From Eledone cirrhosa (Eukaryota): 64,000 nucleotides of DNA. The position numbers and the translations under genes are program-made. Below are positions 11,941 through 25,630 of the stretch, one piece after another (position 1 is the first letter of the stretch; each line of letters starts with the position of its first letter). The notes under the pieces are model-generated. The model did not search any database and was not told the origin of the DNA. It saw only the letters and a list, made by a program, of their open reading frames with translations. The stretch covers positions 364,746,001 to 364,810,000 of the forward strand of contig OZ024742.1 in assembly GCA_964016885.1 (NCBI GenBank), read 5' to 3'.

Positions 11941-12355
11941 CCAAAGTTTATTTTATGCCATGGCATGAGAGATAGAATTACCTTTACGGAAACCATATTC
12001 TATATATATTTTGTTACAACTTTGCTACTGTACAGCAAATATCCAACTCTACTTACATTCCTTTATGTTTTGCCATGATTGCATGGCTCTTCTATTTTGT
12101 ATCAAACTTTATTAGCTGCCTTCAAAATAAATAAATCATCTCAAATGTATTTTTAATTAAAAAAATAAAGCAACCAATTGTCTGATCTGAACCAGGAAAC
12201 AGTGTTTAGATCCTGGCTTCAATAGAAGACCAATATTTGAGGCCGCTATTATTTACAGTCACTCTTTCAACTGTAGCAGGAAACATGAAGACTCACATAT
12301 CGACAAAGGAAGAACGTTGCCACATATAACTCTACGTATATATATATATATATAT

Positions 12356-14938
12356 AACGAAGGAAATGTGGTAAGGAACCAGGTGGACCATAACGCACCA
12401 AAGTACTCAATACTTAGGGTAGTAGAGTGGGTAATAGGAACGAGTAGGACCCCGACGTCTGAGCTCAAACTGTTTCGACGGCTAATTCTGGACTAAATGA
12501 AAATGTTTATCCTGTTATATAAATAGCCGAGCTTCTCAGGGGGTATTTCCATATATGGTAAAAGTGATTGTCACAAGGATTGGTCAAACGTTTGTTGTTG
12601 AGACACATAATTCTATCATGGCAATTTGTGGAAGGAAGGGGTAGCTGAACCTGCCAGTAGAAGAAAGAGGGAGAGGGGGTGGAGGAAACCCAGTCGTGCG
12701 TTGATAGTGCCAACTACAGCAGGGCAGGAGGTCAAGGAAGTATAGTAGGGAGGGAGAGGGGGAGGAAGTCGAAACAATATGTAAAACAATATGGCGTAAA
12801 TATATAGAAAAATACCGAGAATGTTAAAAAAACAATTAAATATAGAAAAAAACAATTTCTGGTTACTAGAACCTAAGGACAGCTATCAAGTCTCTCACTG
12901 GTACTGATAGACTAAAGAAAAGTTTACTAGGTGGGACGGAATTATAATGAGACCCTTTTAAGAGGTAGTAGTAATCAACCGAGTATATCTTACGGTGACG
13001 GGTCAACAAGTGGGGGGCCAAAATACTAAAGAAACTACCACGAAATAATAATTCAGAGTCCCGAGACTAATACGAAATAATGGTTTCTACCCTAGGCACA
13101 AGGCCAGCAACCACCCAGTGCAAAAAATAAACTAATACGAAATAATAATTCAGAATCCCGAAAAAGAATACTAATACTATCTCTAAGGCTGCCGCTACGA
13201 TACAAAAATTCTAGTGAAAACTACATAAATGCTCGTACGAAGTATATGAAAAATTTGATACGGAAAATTAATTCAGAATCCCCCCCCCCCCAAAAAAAAA
13301 GTACTAATATACGAGAAATTAAAGCAAAGATACCACTAAGAAATGTAGAAATCACGGAAAAGGGGCAGCCATCGAATAAGAAGGCAAGTATCCGGGGTCT
13401 ATCACATCTGCTATAAAAAGCGGAGTCGGCCAATTCTATCATAGAATAGGGGAAGGGGTGGGGGTACTGAGGCTACAAAGGACAAGGGGCTGCCTCGGGT
13501 GGGCGAGAAAGTGAAAAGGACGACGACAAAGAAAGAGGACTGGGGTGGAAGGACTAGGAAGGGATGGGGGGAAGAAGGAAATATAGAGGAAGCGATAAAA
13601 AGATATAAAAGATATAAAACCAGGGGTTACCCATTACAAAGTCGGCAAGTGGGGTGTTACAGCCCTTGTCTCCCCCCCCCCACGGGTCATTATGGGGTTT
13701 GAGGGCGAGGGTAAGTCCTACGCAATTTGTGTTTGCATGCAGTTACCAGTTCATCTTTCTTGTTTAGGAGTTGGTCCGTCGAAAACAGCATTTGTAAAGT
13801 TTCCTCCGAGCATAAATTGCACGGACGGCGTCATCCTGTGTAAGAGTTGGCTTTGTCGTCGTCCTTTTCACTTTCTCGCCCACCCGAGGCAGCCCCTCGG
13901 TCCTTTTTAGCCTCAGTACCCCCACCCCTTCCCCTATTCTATGATAGAATTGGCCGACTCTGCTTTTTATAGCAGATGTGATAGACCCCGGATACTTGCC
14001 TTCTTATCCGATGGCTGCCCCTTTTCCGTGCTTTCTACATTTCTTAGTGGTATCTTTGCTTTAATTTCTCGTATAACAGTACTTTTTTTTTTTGGGGGGG
14101 GGGATTCTGAATTAATTTTCCGTATCAAATTTTTCATATACTTCGTACGAGCATTTATGTAGTTTTCACTAGAATTTTTGTATCGTAGCGGCAGCCTTAG
14201 AGATAGTATTAGTATTCTTTTTCGGGATTCTGAATTATTATTTCGTATTAGTTTATTGTTTGCACTGGGTGGTTGCTGGCCTTGTGCCTAGGGTAGAAAC
14301 CATTATTTCGTATTAGTCTCGGGACTCTGAATTATTATTTCTTGGTAGTTTTTTACTAGTATTTTGGACCCCCACTTGTTGACCCGTCACCGTAAGATAT
14401 ACTCGGTTGATTACTACTACCTCTTAAAAGGGTCTCATTATAATTCCGTCCCACCTAGTAAACTTTTCTTTAGTCTATCAGTACCAGTGAGAGACTTGAT
14501 GGCTGTCGTTAGGTTATAGTAACCAGAAATTGTTTTTTTCTATATTTAATTGTTTTTTTAACATTCTCGGTATTTTTCTATATATTTACCCCATATTGTT
14601 TCGACTTCCTCCCCCTCTCCCTCCCTAGTATACTTCCTTGACCTGCTGTCCTGCTGTAGTTGGCACTATCAACGCACGACTGGGTTTCCTCCACCCCCTC
14701 TCCCTCTTTCTTCTACTGGCAGGTTCAGCTACCCCTTCCTTCCACAAATTGCCATGATAGAATTATGTGTCTCAACAACAAACGTTTGACCAATCCTTGT
14801 GACAATCACTTTTACCATATATGGAATTACCCCCTGAGAAGCTCGGCTATTCATATACCAGGATAAAAATGTTCATTTAGTCCAGAATTAGCCGTCAAAA
14901 CGGCTTGAGCTCAGCCGTCGGTGTCCTACTCGTTCCTA
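12356..14938. mobile_element. Penelope-like element (Nematis-like family), 5'-truncated, with an inverted partial terminal repeat
   Basis: Arms about 12434-13531 and 13851-14938 are reverse complements; the spacer holds the GIY-YIG 3' end (minus) homologous to about 30050-30220; flanked by (TA)n; hammerhead-like motifs at 12449-12544 (-) and 14829-14924 (+). Confidence 0.85.
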
Positions 14939-16053
14939 TATATATATATATAAAATGATAAGAAACGAAAGGAGCTGTATGGTTACTAAATATATATATA
15001 TAAAGACTCAACTTCATGTTTGATAAGAAACGAAGCGTTTTAGTATTCAATAATTTTCTTATAAGTGAAAAGAGATATTTCATCAGAATCATCTACAAAC
15101 GGAATATTGATCACAAATTTCATTCGCCTTTAGCTTACTTCTTGCTCACTGATAATCACTAAACCATTCTTGTTAATATCGAATTTCGTCCTTTTAATCT
15201 TCCCTCAGATCCTAGGTTTTGCCGCTCAATTCTCAATTGAATCGCTTTAATTGGAAATATATTCGTGCCGTCTGACGGTCTGATTCTGTCTTCTGTATAA
15301 GATACGTTAACTAAATAGAAGTATATATAGCCATGTAAATGCGAAAAATTGTAGTCTAATTTTAGTTTAAATTTATAGATCCATCTATTACATGGATACT
15401 ACATTAAAGCACAGGAAATTTGCACTACAATTCAGTAAGCAGAAGTACAAATGGATTAAAAATATCGAGAAATCGTTATTTATCAACTACTGAGATAAAG
15501 ATTGAAACTTCTCGGCGACTTCAATAACATCCAGTTTAGCTGAGGTTGAGTATTTCGTTGAGTATTTCGTTTTTGTCGGTTTTCTTTCATAAAATTGTAC
15601 CAATCAAGTATTGGATTTTATTATCCCTCTCTCAATCCCCTTCGCCCTCCTTTTGTAAGAAAAAGCAATAAAAAAAGGAAAAGAAAAGAAAAAGAAGTAG
15701 AAAAAAAAGAAGAAGAAATCGGCTGTGATTAGAACTAGCTAAGGATGTCCTTGAAACGCCATATGTTAAGACGGCCTTAAGACTGCATCGGGGGTTAGAA
15801 GTCCACCCACACAGTAAACTACTTGCTTATTCAGATCTCGACTTCAGATCACATCGTTCCTGTTAAACAATTTCAATATTTTCATTCGTCATTTACAGCC
15901 GACGATTTATTCATAAACTATAAATATAAAACTTCGCCTATATTGTTGGAAATGTTTGAAGTTTTTCTTGATAGATTTTCTAGAAGAAAATATACGACTG
16001 GCTAATATCCGAGTTATCTTATAACGGCAAACCCAGATCGAATCTCGATTGAA

Positions 16054-16235
16054 TCAGTTAATCATTTCTAATTTAGGCAAAATACCAGCTATATTTTGGT
16101 GGGGTGGTATTTTATTTGATCGACGTCGGAAGGATGAAAAGGGAAGTTGAACCTGCTGAGATTTGAACTCAGAATGTAATGTACAAGAAAAATATGTTAT
16201 GACATTTTTTTTCAGACGTTCTAGCGATCCGGCCA
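16054..16235 (-). mobile_element. Diverged SINE A-related copy
   Basis: TTTCTAATTTAGGCA ... GATCGACGTCGGAAGGATGAAA ... GATTTGAACTCAG. Confidence 0.6.
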
Positions 16236-16294
16236 TTATCAGCCTTGCTCCCTTAGCAAGTGTGGCAATGTTTGACGTTTGAATTATAATCTAT

Positions 16295-16517
16295 GGGGTG
16301 GTGAATTGGTAATATTGATAGAGCGTCGAACAACATACATTGCGGCACAGAGTCATGTCTCTTTGCGTTCTGATTTCAAATTCACCCCGAGGTTAGATTT
16401 GCATCTCATCCTTATGGGGTCGATAATATAAAGTGCCAGAAACGCGCAGGTGTGTGATTAAATCGAAGTACCCCTCACTCGAAATTGTTGGTCTTGTGTG
16501 TAAATCAGGAACCATTA
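16295..16517 (+). mobile_element. Diverged SINE A-related copy
   Basis: GATAGAGCGTCG ... CATCCTTATGGGGTCGATAATATAAAG ... TTGTTGGTCTTGTGTG. Confidence 0.65.
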
Positions 16518-16786
16518 TAGGCAAAATCTACCCAACAGTCTTCCACACAGCTGCCGTCTACGCAATATCCCTAGCACGGCTTAGGTTGACCTGAGGCTAT
16601 GTTAGACACCTGTCCAGGATGATCCACATGGGGATCGAATCCCTGACTTTATATTCAATTATATGTTTATGTAATTGTAACTTTATTACAGTAGCTTAAA
16701 GCTATATGTATTTAGGTTATTCCGATGTTGCTGACCAGATTAAAGAATTCCTAAATAGTTTTTTGCATTCTTCTTAGTATTATTTA

Positions 16787-16955
16787 GAGTGTCGGACGTC
16801 ATGTATTGCATCAAAGAGTTACGGCCCTTTATGGTCTGAGTTCAAATCCCGCCGAGGTTAACTTTGCCTTTCATCCTTACGGGGTCGATAAAATAAAGTA
16901 CCAGTAATATACTGAGATAATTGCTAGCCTTGTGCCAAAAGTAGAAACAGTTATT
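16787..16955 (+). mobile_element. SINE family A, 5'-truncated
   Basis: Very similar to 230-390. Confidence 0.85.
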
Positions 16956-18138
16956 TACACTCAGCTCACTCTTCATTGTTCAGACCTGTTAGGAAACTAA
17001 TTCCAGTCGTAATCATCTTGATTTTACTGTGGTATTGTGAACGTAGAACTACATATTATCATTATGAGAAGATAACATGTGGTTAAAAGGGATTTAATTG
17101 TAATTTCTAACATAAGATTTCGGTGACGATTTAGATTCTAAGTTGTTGTAAATCGTGCGCCTCAGCCCAGCGATATGCTACGAAAAAGACAAGATCCTAT
17201 ATTGGACTGTGAAACATAAATATAAATCTTTGAAATAAATTTCCAATAGAATAATTAAATTGGGGAGACTAAATCTAGAATTAAATATATTGCCCCCACC
17301 AAAATAAAAGTTATTTTTCTCATTGATAACTTTGCTCCATTTACTGACCACACAAGAAAATAAACATATTTTGCGTATTTCTTTTTATCTCTGTCTCTTC
17401 TTTGTGGTATATTATTATATATAAATAGCTCTTTTAAATATATTATAGAATCTATACACAAAGTGTTCTAAAGTATTTTTATTTGGTCTGAAATACACTA
17501 TGATTAAAAAAGAAAGTTTAGAAGATCCCTCCATTTGTGATACTGAAGTTAGTAACAATATATATGTGTCCCTTGCTGTTTTGTTCATACACTACACGCT
17601 CAACTATTTTTCAATGAGAGTTTGCCATCTTATCCATAGGGATACATGTGTTATATGAGATACGACTCCAATGACCTTATTGCTTCTATTATTTTCTATA
17701 CAATGGACGTAACCCAATATTTGAACAAATGCTATATCAATATTATCCTTTCTTTTTCATATATTTTTACAAATATATTCAATAGTTTATCATTAAATGG
17801 TCACGTACGTGATAAGTTCATTGGTGTTATACAAACAAATGGAGCGGTGGTGTTCTCTGCTGGAACACAAGACATTTCAATGAGATGTGTGCTTAGCATC
17901 TTAACAAACTATGCAATTGTCCATAATAGGTGCTAATAAAGATTCTCAGCTGTCATCTCCCTTCAATTATACCTGTCGATTACTTTCAATTATTATAGCC
18001 AAACATTGTTCCAATTTCACAATATACTGAATCATATACCTTCCATTAACCAATAGATTTAATCAAAGCCAAACGCCATAAATATTTCATATATATATAT
18101 GTGTGTGTGTGGTCTCTACGGTTTCAGGACCCCACACA

Positions 18139-18186
<48 letters not shown>

Positions 18187-18228
18187 ATGTATAGCTACGT
18201 ACCCAACTAGAAATAAACATTTATAATC

Positions 18229-18280
<52 letters not shown>

Positions 18281-18283
<3 letters not shown>

Positions 18284-18477
18284 AAAAAGTTCAGGACCCC
18301 GACGGCAGACCTCAAGCCGTTCCGACGGCTATTTCTGAGTACAGAAATGCCGTCAAAACGGCTTGAGCTCTGCCATTGGGTTCCTGAACTTTTTCCTATT
18401 ACCCACTCTACTACCCAAAGCATCGAGTACTCTGGCACATTATGGTCCACCTGGTTCCTCATCACACTTCCCTCATT
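18281..18477. mobile_element. Miniature palindromic remnant of the Nematis-like Penelope terminal repeat
   Basis: AGGAAAAAGTTCAGGACCCCGACGG ... CTGAACTTTTTCCT inverted repeat plus the same tail (TATTACCCACTCTACTACCC ... GGTCCACCTGGTTCC) as 31482-31562; within (TA)n. Confidence 0.8.
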
Positions 18478-18487
18478 ATATATATAT

Positions 18488-18819
18488 AGTAGTAATAATA
18501 AATGTGAAGACTAAAATCCAAAGAGGGCTCCATAAGGATAAATAAATATTAGTCTACGACTTCGTTTATACCATAAACGTGGTTTTGTCTTTGCGTGTAA
18601 TTGTTTTCCTGCACCAAATAATGATGTATTACCTTCCTTTTTTTTTTCGTTCTTTGCCAGGGAACGTTTCCACGAACCTAAGTATCGTCTTCCTGTCTTC
18701 CTCCGGTTGCAACGTTTTTCGAAATATCTACTTCTGCGTTCAGAGATTGATTCTTTTAGTTTCAGAAGATACCGTTAAGGGTGAAAGCAGCGATTCTTTG
18801 CTTAAACTTTAATCTGTTA

Positions 18820-18826
<7 letters not shown>
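18488..18826. mobile_element. Penelope-type terminal-repeat remnant (third family), with a hammerhead-like motif at 18758-18808 (+)
   Basis: Homologous to 26657-26983; AGUUU-CAGAAGA-U..GAAA-GCAG[..]UUGC-UU-AAACU; flanked by (TA)n. Confidence 0.65.
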
Positions 18827-18895
<69 letters not shown>

Positions 18896-18930
18896 AGCAC
18901 ATACACAATCAAACATAAACATCTACAATC

Positions 18931-19012
<82 letters not shown>

Positions 19013-19053
19013 GATTGTAGATGTTTATGTCTGATTGTGTATGTGCCTACATA

Positions 19054-19143
<90 letters not shown>
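18826..19143. repeat. (TA)n tracts with a 40-bp inverted repeat
   Basis: GCACATACACAATCAAACATAAACATCTACAATCATT / AATGATTGTAGATGTTTATGTCTGATTGTGTATGTGC flank a TA tract. Confidence 0.8.
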
Positions 19144-19148
<5 letters not shown>

Positions 19149-19352
19149 ATACTTGGGGAGGGTCCTATTTGCGTAATATTGCCAGAATTAATAATAGAAC
19201 ACACTCACTGTTTGGTTGGTTTTCGCTTCTCGCTGTCTTTTATTATATCTGCGATCTAACTTACTCGGTCCTCAATGTTGCCATTGACTGACCGGCGGTC
19301 AAAAATAATACAGATACAATATAGACACAAACACATATATATATATATAGTT

Positions 19353-19404
19353 TACATAATTTACATAAATCTTTCGTTGCACATCTGCAACATCGTCAGT
19401 GGTG
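19353..19404 (-). ncRNA. Hammerhead-like motif in the Neptune-like 3' repeat (stems I and III decayed)
   Basis: CUGACGA-U-GUUGCA[GAUG]UGCAAC-GAAA-GAUUUA[UG]UAAAU-UA. Confidence 0.6.
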
Positions 19405-19680
19405 TTATATTCATTGTTCCTCCTGTTGTGTTGTATGTCTACGCCATTTTTTATTCAGTCTGTCTATATATTTATTTATTTATTTGCTTGTTTGTTTATC
19501 TTATTTTATTTTGTCTTCTTTGCGCATGCGTTTGCGTGTGTGTATAGTGTTATGTGTGATGTGTGACTACTGTGTATAGTGTTGTGTCTGCTGGGTGACT
19601 AGTGTGTGTTTATGTGCTTGTTGTTATTGTGCTTGTGTATGTATTTATTTATCTTATTTTATTTAATTTTATTTACTTAT

Positions 19681-22600
19681 TTATACTTCTCTTAGGTCAG
19701 TGTTGTTTGTTTGGGTGCTGTTGTTGTTCCACTCATTCTTTCTGTTTAGCTTTGGTCTTCTAATTTCTATTTCACTGGCCTCTCTGATTTGCCTATCTGC
19801 TGGGTCATTCCTATGTTTAGATATTATTCTAATTTCTATGTTGTCTATGTTACCGTCATGTTGTTGTCTAGCATGTTCGTATAGTACTGACCCGTTTTTT
19901 CGTCCTTTTAGTTCCCCCCAGTGTTGGTCTATCCTTTCACCTATGCTACGAGCTGTCTCACCTATGTATGTTGTTGTCATGTTTCTGCAAGTACCCTCTG
20001 TACATCTTATGCTATAGACTACGTTTCTAGTTTTACAGTTTATCCGGGGGTTCACCTTACATATGATACTCTTCCTATTGGTACAGTGGGTTTTCTTAAA
20101 AGGGTAGGTTTTGCTGATCAGGGATTTTATGGTGGTTCCTGGCTTTTCTACCACCTTTATTTTTAAGTGGGTCTTTCTCAGGGCCTTTCTACACTGGTTA
20201 GCTAATTTCCCTCCAGGGGTGGCGTCCACAAACATGACACTCTGATATCTCTGGTTGTCGTACCATGATGTGGCCTTCCCTATCTTATGTCTAGCCCTAT
20301 CTAAGCTATTCCATGATTTGCTCCTGTATAATGGGCAGATTCCTTTCATGTCCAGTTCTATGAGGGTCTTATACTTTTCCATGGCTCCTTCGTATACTCT
20401 GACTCTGTCTCTTTGGTTGTAGCCAGAGAACTGCATGCGGTTGATGAAGTGTTGGATGTGTCCTTCCATTTCTGTTGGGTCGCACATGCTGGACACATTC
20501 TTCATCACTCGTACCAAATCTGCGATCAGAATATTAAACTTAGCACTACTGGACATCGCTGAGTTTTTGAGTATCAGGTATTTCGAGGCCATGGGTTTAG
20601 CATAGTGTGAGTGAAGAATTTGGGCTCTCTCGTCTATAGTGTTAATCCAGAGTTCTGTGTCTAATACAGGTAGTCTATTGTTAGGGTGTTTGGAAGGGAA
20701 GTCTATAGTTACAGTTATACTCTGGTGTATGGAATTAGCTATCTGCTGGATGCTTTCCATCGTGCTACGTTCTAAATCAAACTTGTTAGTGCTCTCTAGT
20801 GGGGGTGTTCTTATAACTATATTGATATCATCTACATAACGAGAGTACATGATGAGGTCTATGGAGCTTTCATTAAGGAGATCTTTAAGTCTCCTTTCCC
20901 ACCATACCATGAAAAGGTTGGCAACATCACCAGCTATGCTGACGCCGATGGCTGCTCCCTCATTTTGGGTGTAGATTTTCTCATTGAACTTAAATATGTG
21001 GCCCTTTAGGGTAGTTTTGATACTAGCCCCTATTGCATGTGCGACCATTTTTCTTACCTGATCAGTGTTTTGGGGGGTCCGTATGGCTTTGGTCCACCCA
21101 ATCCACCTTCCTATGGGAGTCTTTTTAGCCATTGAGGTTATGGTGGGGGGTCTACCTCTTATAGGTCTACTAGGGCAGAAACATCTAAGGTCATGGCTGT
21201 CTAGGTAGTCAGTGTCGTAGGTAAGTCTAAGTAGGAGGCCCAGTTCGTCTGTGTCGACGTCGCAGAACTCCACCTCACTCTCAATGATCATCTCCACACA
21301 TCTTTTCACAGCAAAATCAATGTTAATGGATGGGTACAGTGACACTACATCCATGCTGCCTATTATGCAGTTGGATAGGCTCCTGTTTTTGTTGCACTCA
21401 CTGATTCTGCTGAGGAGGTCCTCTGTACTTTCACATACATCTGGGGACATCTTGATTATGGGGCGTATAACCATTGAGAGGAAGTAGGAGATCCTGTAGT
21501 TGCTAACTATATTAGCTCCGCATACGGGTCTTGTTGGTGGTCCTGTTGTCGGATCGTCGACTGTCTTGTGGTCTTTGCGGAGCCCATACAAGGGTGGTAT
21601 GCCATTGTTAGACGCCTGGAAGTTGTTGGCAGTGCGTCTGCTTGGCTTTAGGATGTCAGTCCACATCATCATGTGAGCGTTGAGGATTTTTTCTCTCCCA
21701 TCGTGTGTTAGTTGTGCAACTTCGCTCGTGTTGGTGATGTGGGGTTGCATTGCCTCGATGTAGTTCGGCATGCTATCTATTGACATCCTACCAGACTTAT
21801 CTGTGGGTAGGCACACTACCTCACCATCCCTTGTGCGCTGCTTGAGGCTAACCAAGCCTTCTACAGGTTTTCTCCCAAGTTGTTGGGCCTCTGGTCTGCT
21901 CTGTCTCATAGTGTACCTGTCTACTACCTGTCTAATCTTATTTCTAGCTATGGTGAACTGTGCCTCCGTCTCGTCATCTATTTGCTGTGGTATGCAAACT
22001 CTTTTATTAAAGGGTAACCTCGTAGGATAGATATTACCCATCTTATATGTTTTGTCAGCTGGGTTGAAAAATAGTTTCTCTAAGGGGTTGTCGTTATTTC
22101 TATCGTCATAGTTGTGTGTGTTGCTATTATTGTTATCATGGTGGTTGTTGTTGTTTCTATCATTAGCATTATTATTATTATTGTTATGATTGCTAGATGT
22201 ATTGTTGTTTACTTCACCGTTATTGTTGTTGTTGTTACTGCTATTTCTACCATTGTGGTTGTTACTATTATTATGTTTCTTGTTTTTGTTGATGTTGCTA
22301 CATGTACTATTTCCATTATTACCACTGTGGTTATTGTTGTTGTAGTTCGTATTGTTACCGTTATTACTACTGTGGTCACTGTTGCTGTGTCTGTGGTTAA
22401 CGTTTCTATTATTATTATTATTGTGGTTGTTGTTGTTCCGTCTATCGCTAGTATTATTGCCATTATCACTATTTCTCACTTTCCTGCCATTGTTATGGTT
22501 ATGGCTGTTATTTCTATACCCAGAGTTATTGTTTATATTATTACTACCGTTATTATTGTTGTTGTTGTTTACCTTTGCATTCCAACGTATTTTTGTGAAA

Positions 22601-23128
22601 CACTTTTCCAGCTCCGTTTTGCATTCCATAGGGTTAATCTTTTTGTAGATGGCAAATTTTGGTGGTAGCCTTAGGATTTGTTGTTCTTGTTCACTGATTA
22701 AAGTGTTCCCATAGATATTTACTGTGTGGTCATTGGTAAATTCTTCCGGTAGTTTTACATCACTCATACGGATATTGTCGATGTTATCTGGGTATTTTTG
22801 AGAATATTCGATTTTCCTTTCCTGTAGTTTTTTCTTATTCATCCATTCTAATTTCTTCTTGAAATGCCTACAGCATTCGTTTTGAGCATATTTCGTTTCG
22901 CGTCGGATGACGCTCATGAAGTCGTCTCTCTCGTTTGCTGTGATGAGATTTCGGATTTCCTTACCGTTGATGCGTTTTTGTCTGTAGAGTGCGTTGACTT
23001 TTGTGTATGTTGTTCTTTTCATATTAACTGTTATTGTGTGTTTTAGCCGTTCGGCTTGTGTTTTGTTCAATAATAAATTATTTACTTGTTTTGATATGTT
23101 TGTTGTGTATGTTTTGGAGGAAACATCC
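19681..23128 (-). CDS. Penelope-type reverse transcriptase + GIY-YIG endonuclease polyprotein (N-terminus missing)
   Basis: LPTDKSG, PPLYGLRKDHK, RPVC, MDVVSLYPSI, GAAIGVSIAGDVANLFM, YSRYVDDI, LPVLD; Cys-rich linker; VVYSIRC...YIGETARSIGERIDQH...REASEI...PKLN. The listed start at 23289 reads through a TA tract and is probably not real. Confidence 0.92.
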
Positions 23129-23354
23129 GATATATATATATAAGTATGTAAACGTACATACATATATGTATACAGACGTACAGTAGTATGTATATATATA
23201 TATACATACATGCACATATATATATATATATGCACGTATGGATTCACCGAACATTTATTATAATGCTCGGTGTGTTTGTAAACAAACATCCCGAATTAAG
23301 CCGTACAGTGTCTAGCAACCATCGTTGCTCATTTGTTCAACACTGACAAAGGAA

Positions 23355-23395
23355 CGCTGTACTAGTTTCAAGCTTATTAGCTATCGTCAGGAACG
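23355..23395 (-). ncRNA. Minimal type I hammerhead motif in a Penelope-type remnant (about 23140-23630)
   Basis: CGUUC-CUGACGA-U-AGCU[AAUA]AGCU-U-GAAA-CUAG-UA^CAGCG; the remnant is bounded by an imperfect direct repeat of about 55 bp (about 23139 and 23575). Confidence 0.68.
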
Positions 23396-23632
23396 TATAC
23401 CTTTCTGCCAGATGATTGAACGTCTGAAAGTATATACTTTCCTTATGCATATTAACGGCTGAGCAGCCTAATTTGCATATCGAGTGAGTTAATCGGCCGG
23501 GCGCACCGAAAACGATAAACGGAAAAAATGAAAGGAAATTTCATTTCTCACTCTTAGTACGGCTGTTACTTAAATATAAGTATGTATACGTACATATCTA
23601 TACAGACGTACAGTAGTATGTATATATATATG

Positions 23633-23700
<68 letters not shown>

Positions 23701-24959
23701 ATATATATGATGACATTGTGTTGCTGACTGAAATCTGTCACGTATGATAGATAGCAATGCCTACCTGAGAAAGCAGTCTTCCTACACATCTAGAACGTAA
23801 AATAATGGTAAAATAAAAAAAATAAAAAGCCAAAAAATTCATAAACAAAAACGCAACAAAAGCTATATAAAATATTTGAAAGAACACGAATGTTGAGAAA
23901 TTTTAACAGGAAAGATTAATTTTTCCATCATTTTTGATTTTGAATTTTTTTTTCCATTTCCTTCTTTCCTTCTTTCAGCGTCTATTGTTAATTATATTTT
24001 ATTTGACATTTTTAATTTCCATCTTTAAAACTAATTTCGACATTATGTTGTATAAGTTTCACAACTATTACTTCATTAATATTAAAAAGATTTTAACTTT
24101 ACATGTCATAATGTATTCCTAATACATTTTCTAGATATCTATGAAGTCATTAACCAATATCTCATAAGACATGTCATGATTAAATTATGTCATCTGTAAA
24201 AACTGTCTATGAAATTTATGGTAGAATTAGGGTTTCTTTAATGAAATACTGATTTAACAGTCAGATAATATACAGTCGGATACTATTATTCGTGGCAAGA
24301 ATAGCGTGGGGAGTTGGCACTGGGGTCACTTTAATCAAATATCCCCTTCCACATAATTGTTAACCTTGCGCCTAAATCAGAAACATTTTCAATGTTAGAA
24401 TCGTTGAAGATTTGGTAAAATACATGCTGGTATTTCGTTCGTTTCTCTATATTTCAAATTCAAATTCGGACAATGTTAACCTTGCCATTCATCCTTATTA
24501 ACTCAATAAAATAAACTGCAAGTGATCTACGGGGGTCCATTTATCGATTTAAACGTCCTTCCCTCCTCCAAATATATTTTATAAACTCTGAAACGATGAA
24601 ATGTAAAGTTGATCAAGTGGGGAGTTGAAATCAAGTTGCAGAAACCAATCGGACATAACTCAAGGAAGTTTAACCTTCGCTCTATTTTGTCAAGTTGCTG
24701 TGTGCGGGTGTTTCTGTGTGTGTGTTCGTATGTGGGCGTGCTTGTGTGTGCATTTGTGTTGTGTTGTGCTTGTGCTTGTGTGTTTGTTTGTTTGTGTGTG
24801 TGTGTGCGGGGGTGGTTGTGTGTGGGGGTGTTTGTGTGTGTTGTGTATCCGTCTATTCCGATTTATGTTTGATCACCATAAAACCCTGCTAGTGAAAGTA
24901 GCATTCAAATGGCTAAGGATTCCACAATAGTTTATTCCCTTATTATAATTCTCAAGAAG

Positions 24960-25117
24960 ATTCAGCTTGACAAATGTTGTGACTGGCCTGCCATTTACAG
25001 GGACAAGACTTTCTGCACACAGTCTGGAGCAGCGTAAAATAAAGTATATTGCTGAAGGACACAACGGACTGTCAGTGAACTCCCAATCTTACGATCGAGA
25101 GCCGAACACATTAACTA
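24960..25117 (-). mobile_element. Diverged tRNA-derived SINE (family B-like)
   Basis: CTGGAGCAGCG ... TTGCTGAAGGACACAAC ... TACGATCG resembles 25330-25410. Confidence 0.45.
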
Positions 25118-25167
25118 TTGATCAACAACTTTTTATACACAGACATATATATTTATATCTAGTCTAA

Positions 25168-25440
25168 AGTGTGTTTCAAGCCAGAAGGCTCATTAGACCG
25201 GTACTTATACAGGTTTCGTGCCGTGAAGCGACTGAGAGTACAAGACCCCCCCTCTCCCCTGGACAGTACGCCAGTCCATGGCAGGGTTAAACCCCCAGTT
25301 ATTGCTGGGACCCACTTTCAGCTGAGTATACTGGAGCAATGTGATATGAGTGTTTTGCTTAAGAACACAAAACACAACCCATGAATCGAACTCACGGCAT
25401 AATGATCGTAAGTCAAACACCCTTACCACTAGATCAAGCA
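25168..25440 (-). mobile_element. tRNA-derived SINE with a V-domain-like segment (family B)
   Basis: Minus strand TCTAGTGGTAAGG (A box), GAGTTCGATTC (B box), CCCTGCCATGGACTGGCGTACTGTCCAGGGG resembling the V-SINE domain. Confidence 0.65.
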
Positions 25441-25630
25441 ACTCCCTATTATACACCCGCCAACTTCAGCCTGCGACCGACACCACCAACTTATCCCCCC
25501 CCCACATACACTACAGGTAAGATCTTCCCTATGAATTAATCCAGCAATCAAAACAAACGTTAATGATCACCATGGTTACTTCTGACTTTATCATACAGCA
25601 TGTAATCATTTTTCCATTAACATTACAAGG

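Larger units (their letters stand above)
19145..23130 (-). mobile_element. Penelope-like retroelement, Neptune-like, 5'-truncated
   Basis: Long RT + C-terminal GIY-YIG frame, 3' UTR with a hammerhead-like motif, both ends in (TA)n. Confidence 0.9.

Noticed and set aside
12507-14866. Duplicated small ORFs (MALSTHDW.., MIELADSAF..) on opposite strands
   Set aside because: They arise from the inverted Penelope UTR arms and show no protein motifs
15030-15092. Possible minus-strand hammerhead (CUGAUGA-AAUA..UAUU-GAAU)
   Set aside because: GAAA is broken and no stem I or III pairing was found
23129-23289. N-terminal 53 aa of the 1202-aa ORF
   Set aside because: Read-through of a TA tract and an adjacent remnant; the element is 5'-truncated at about 23130
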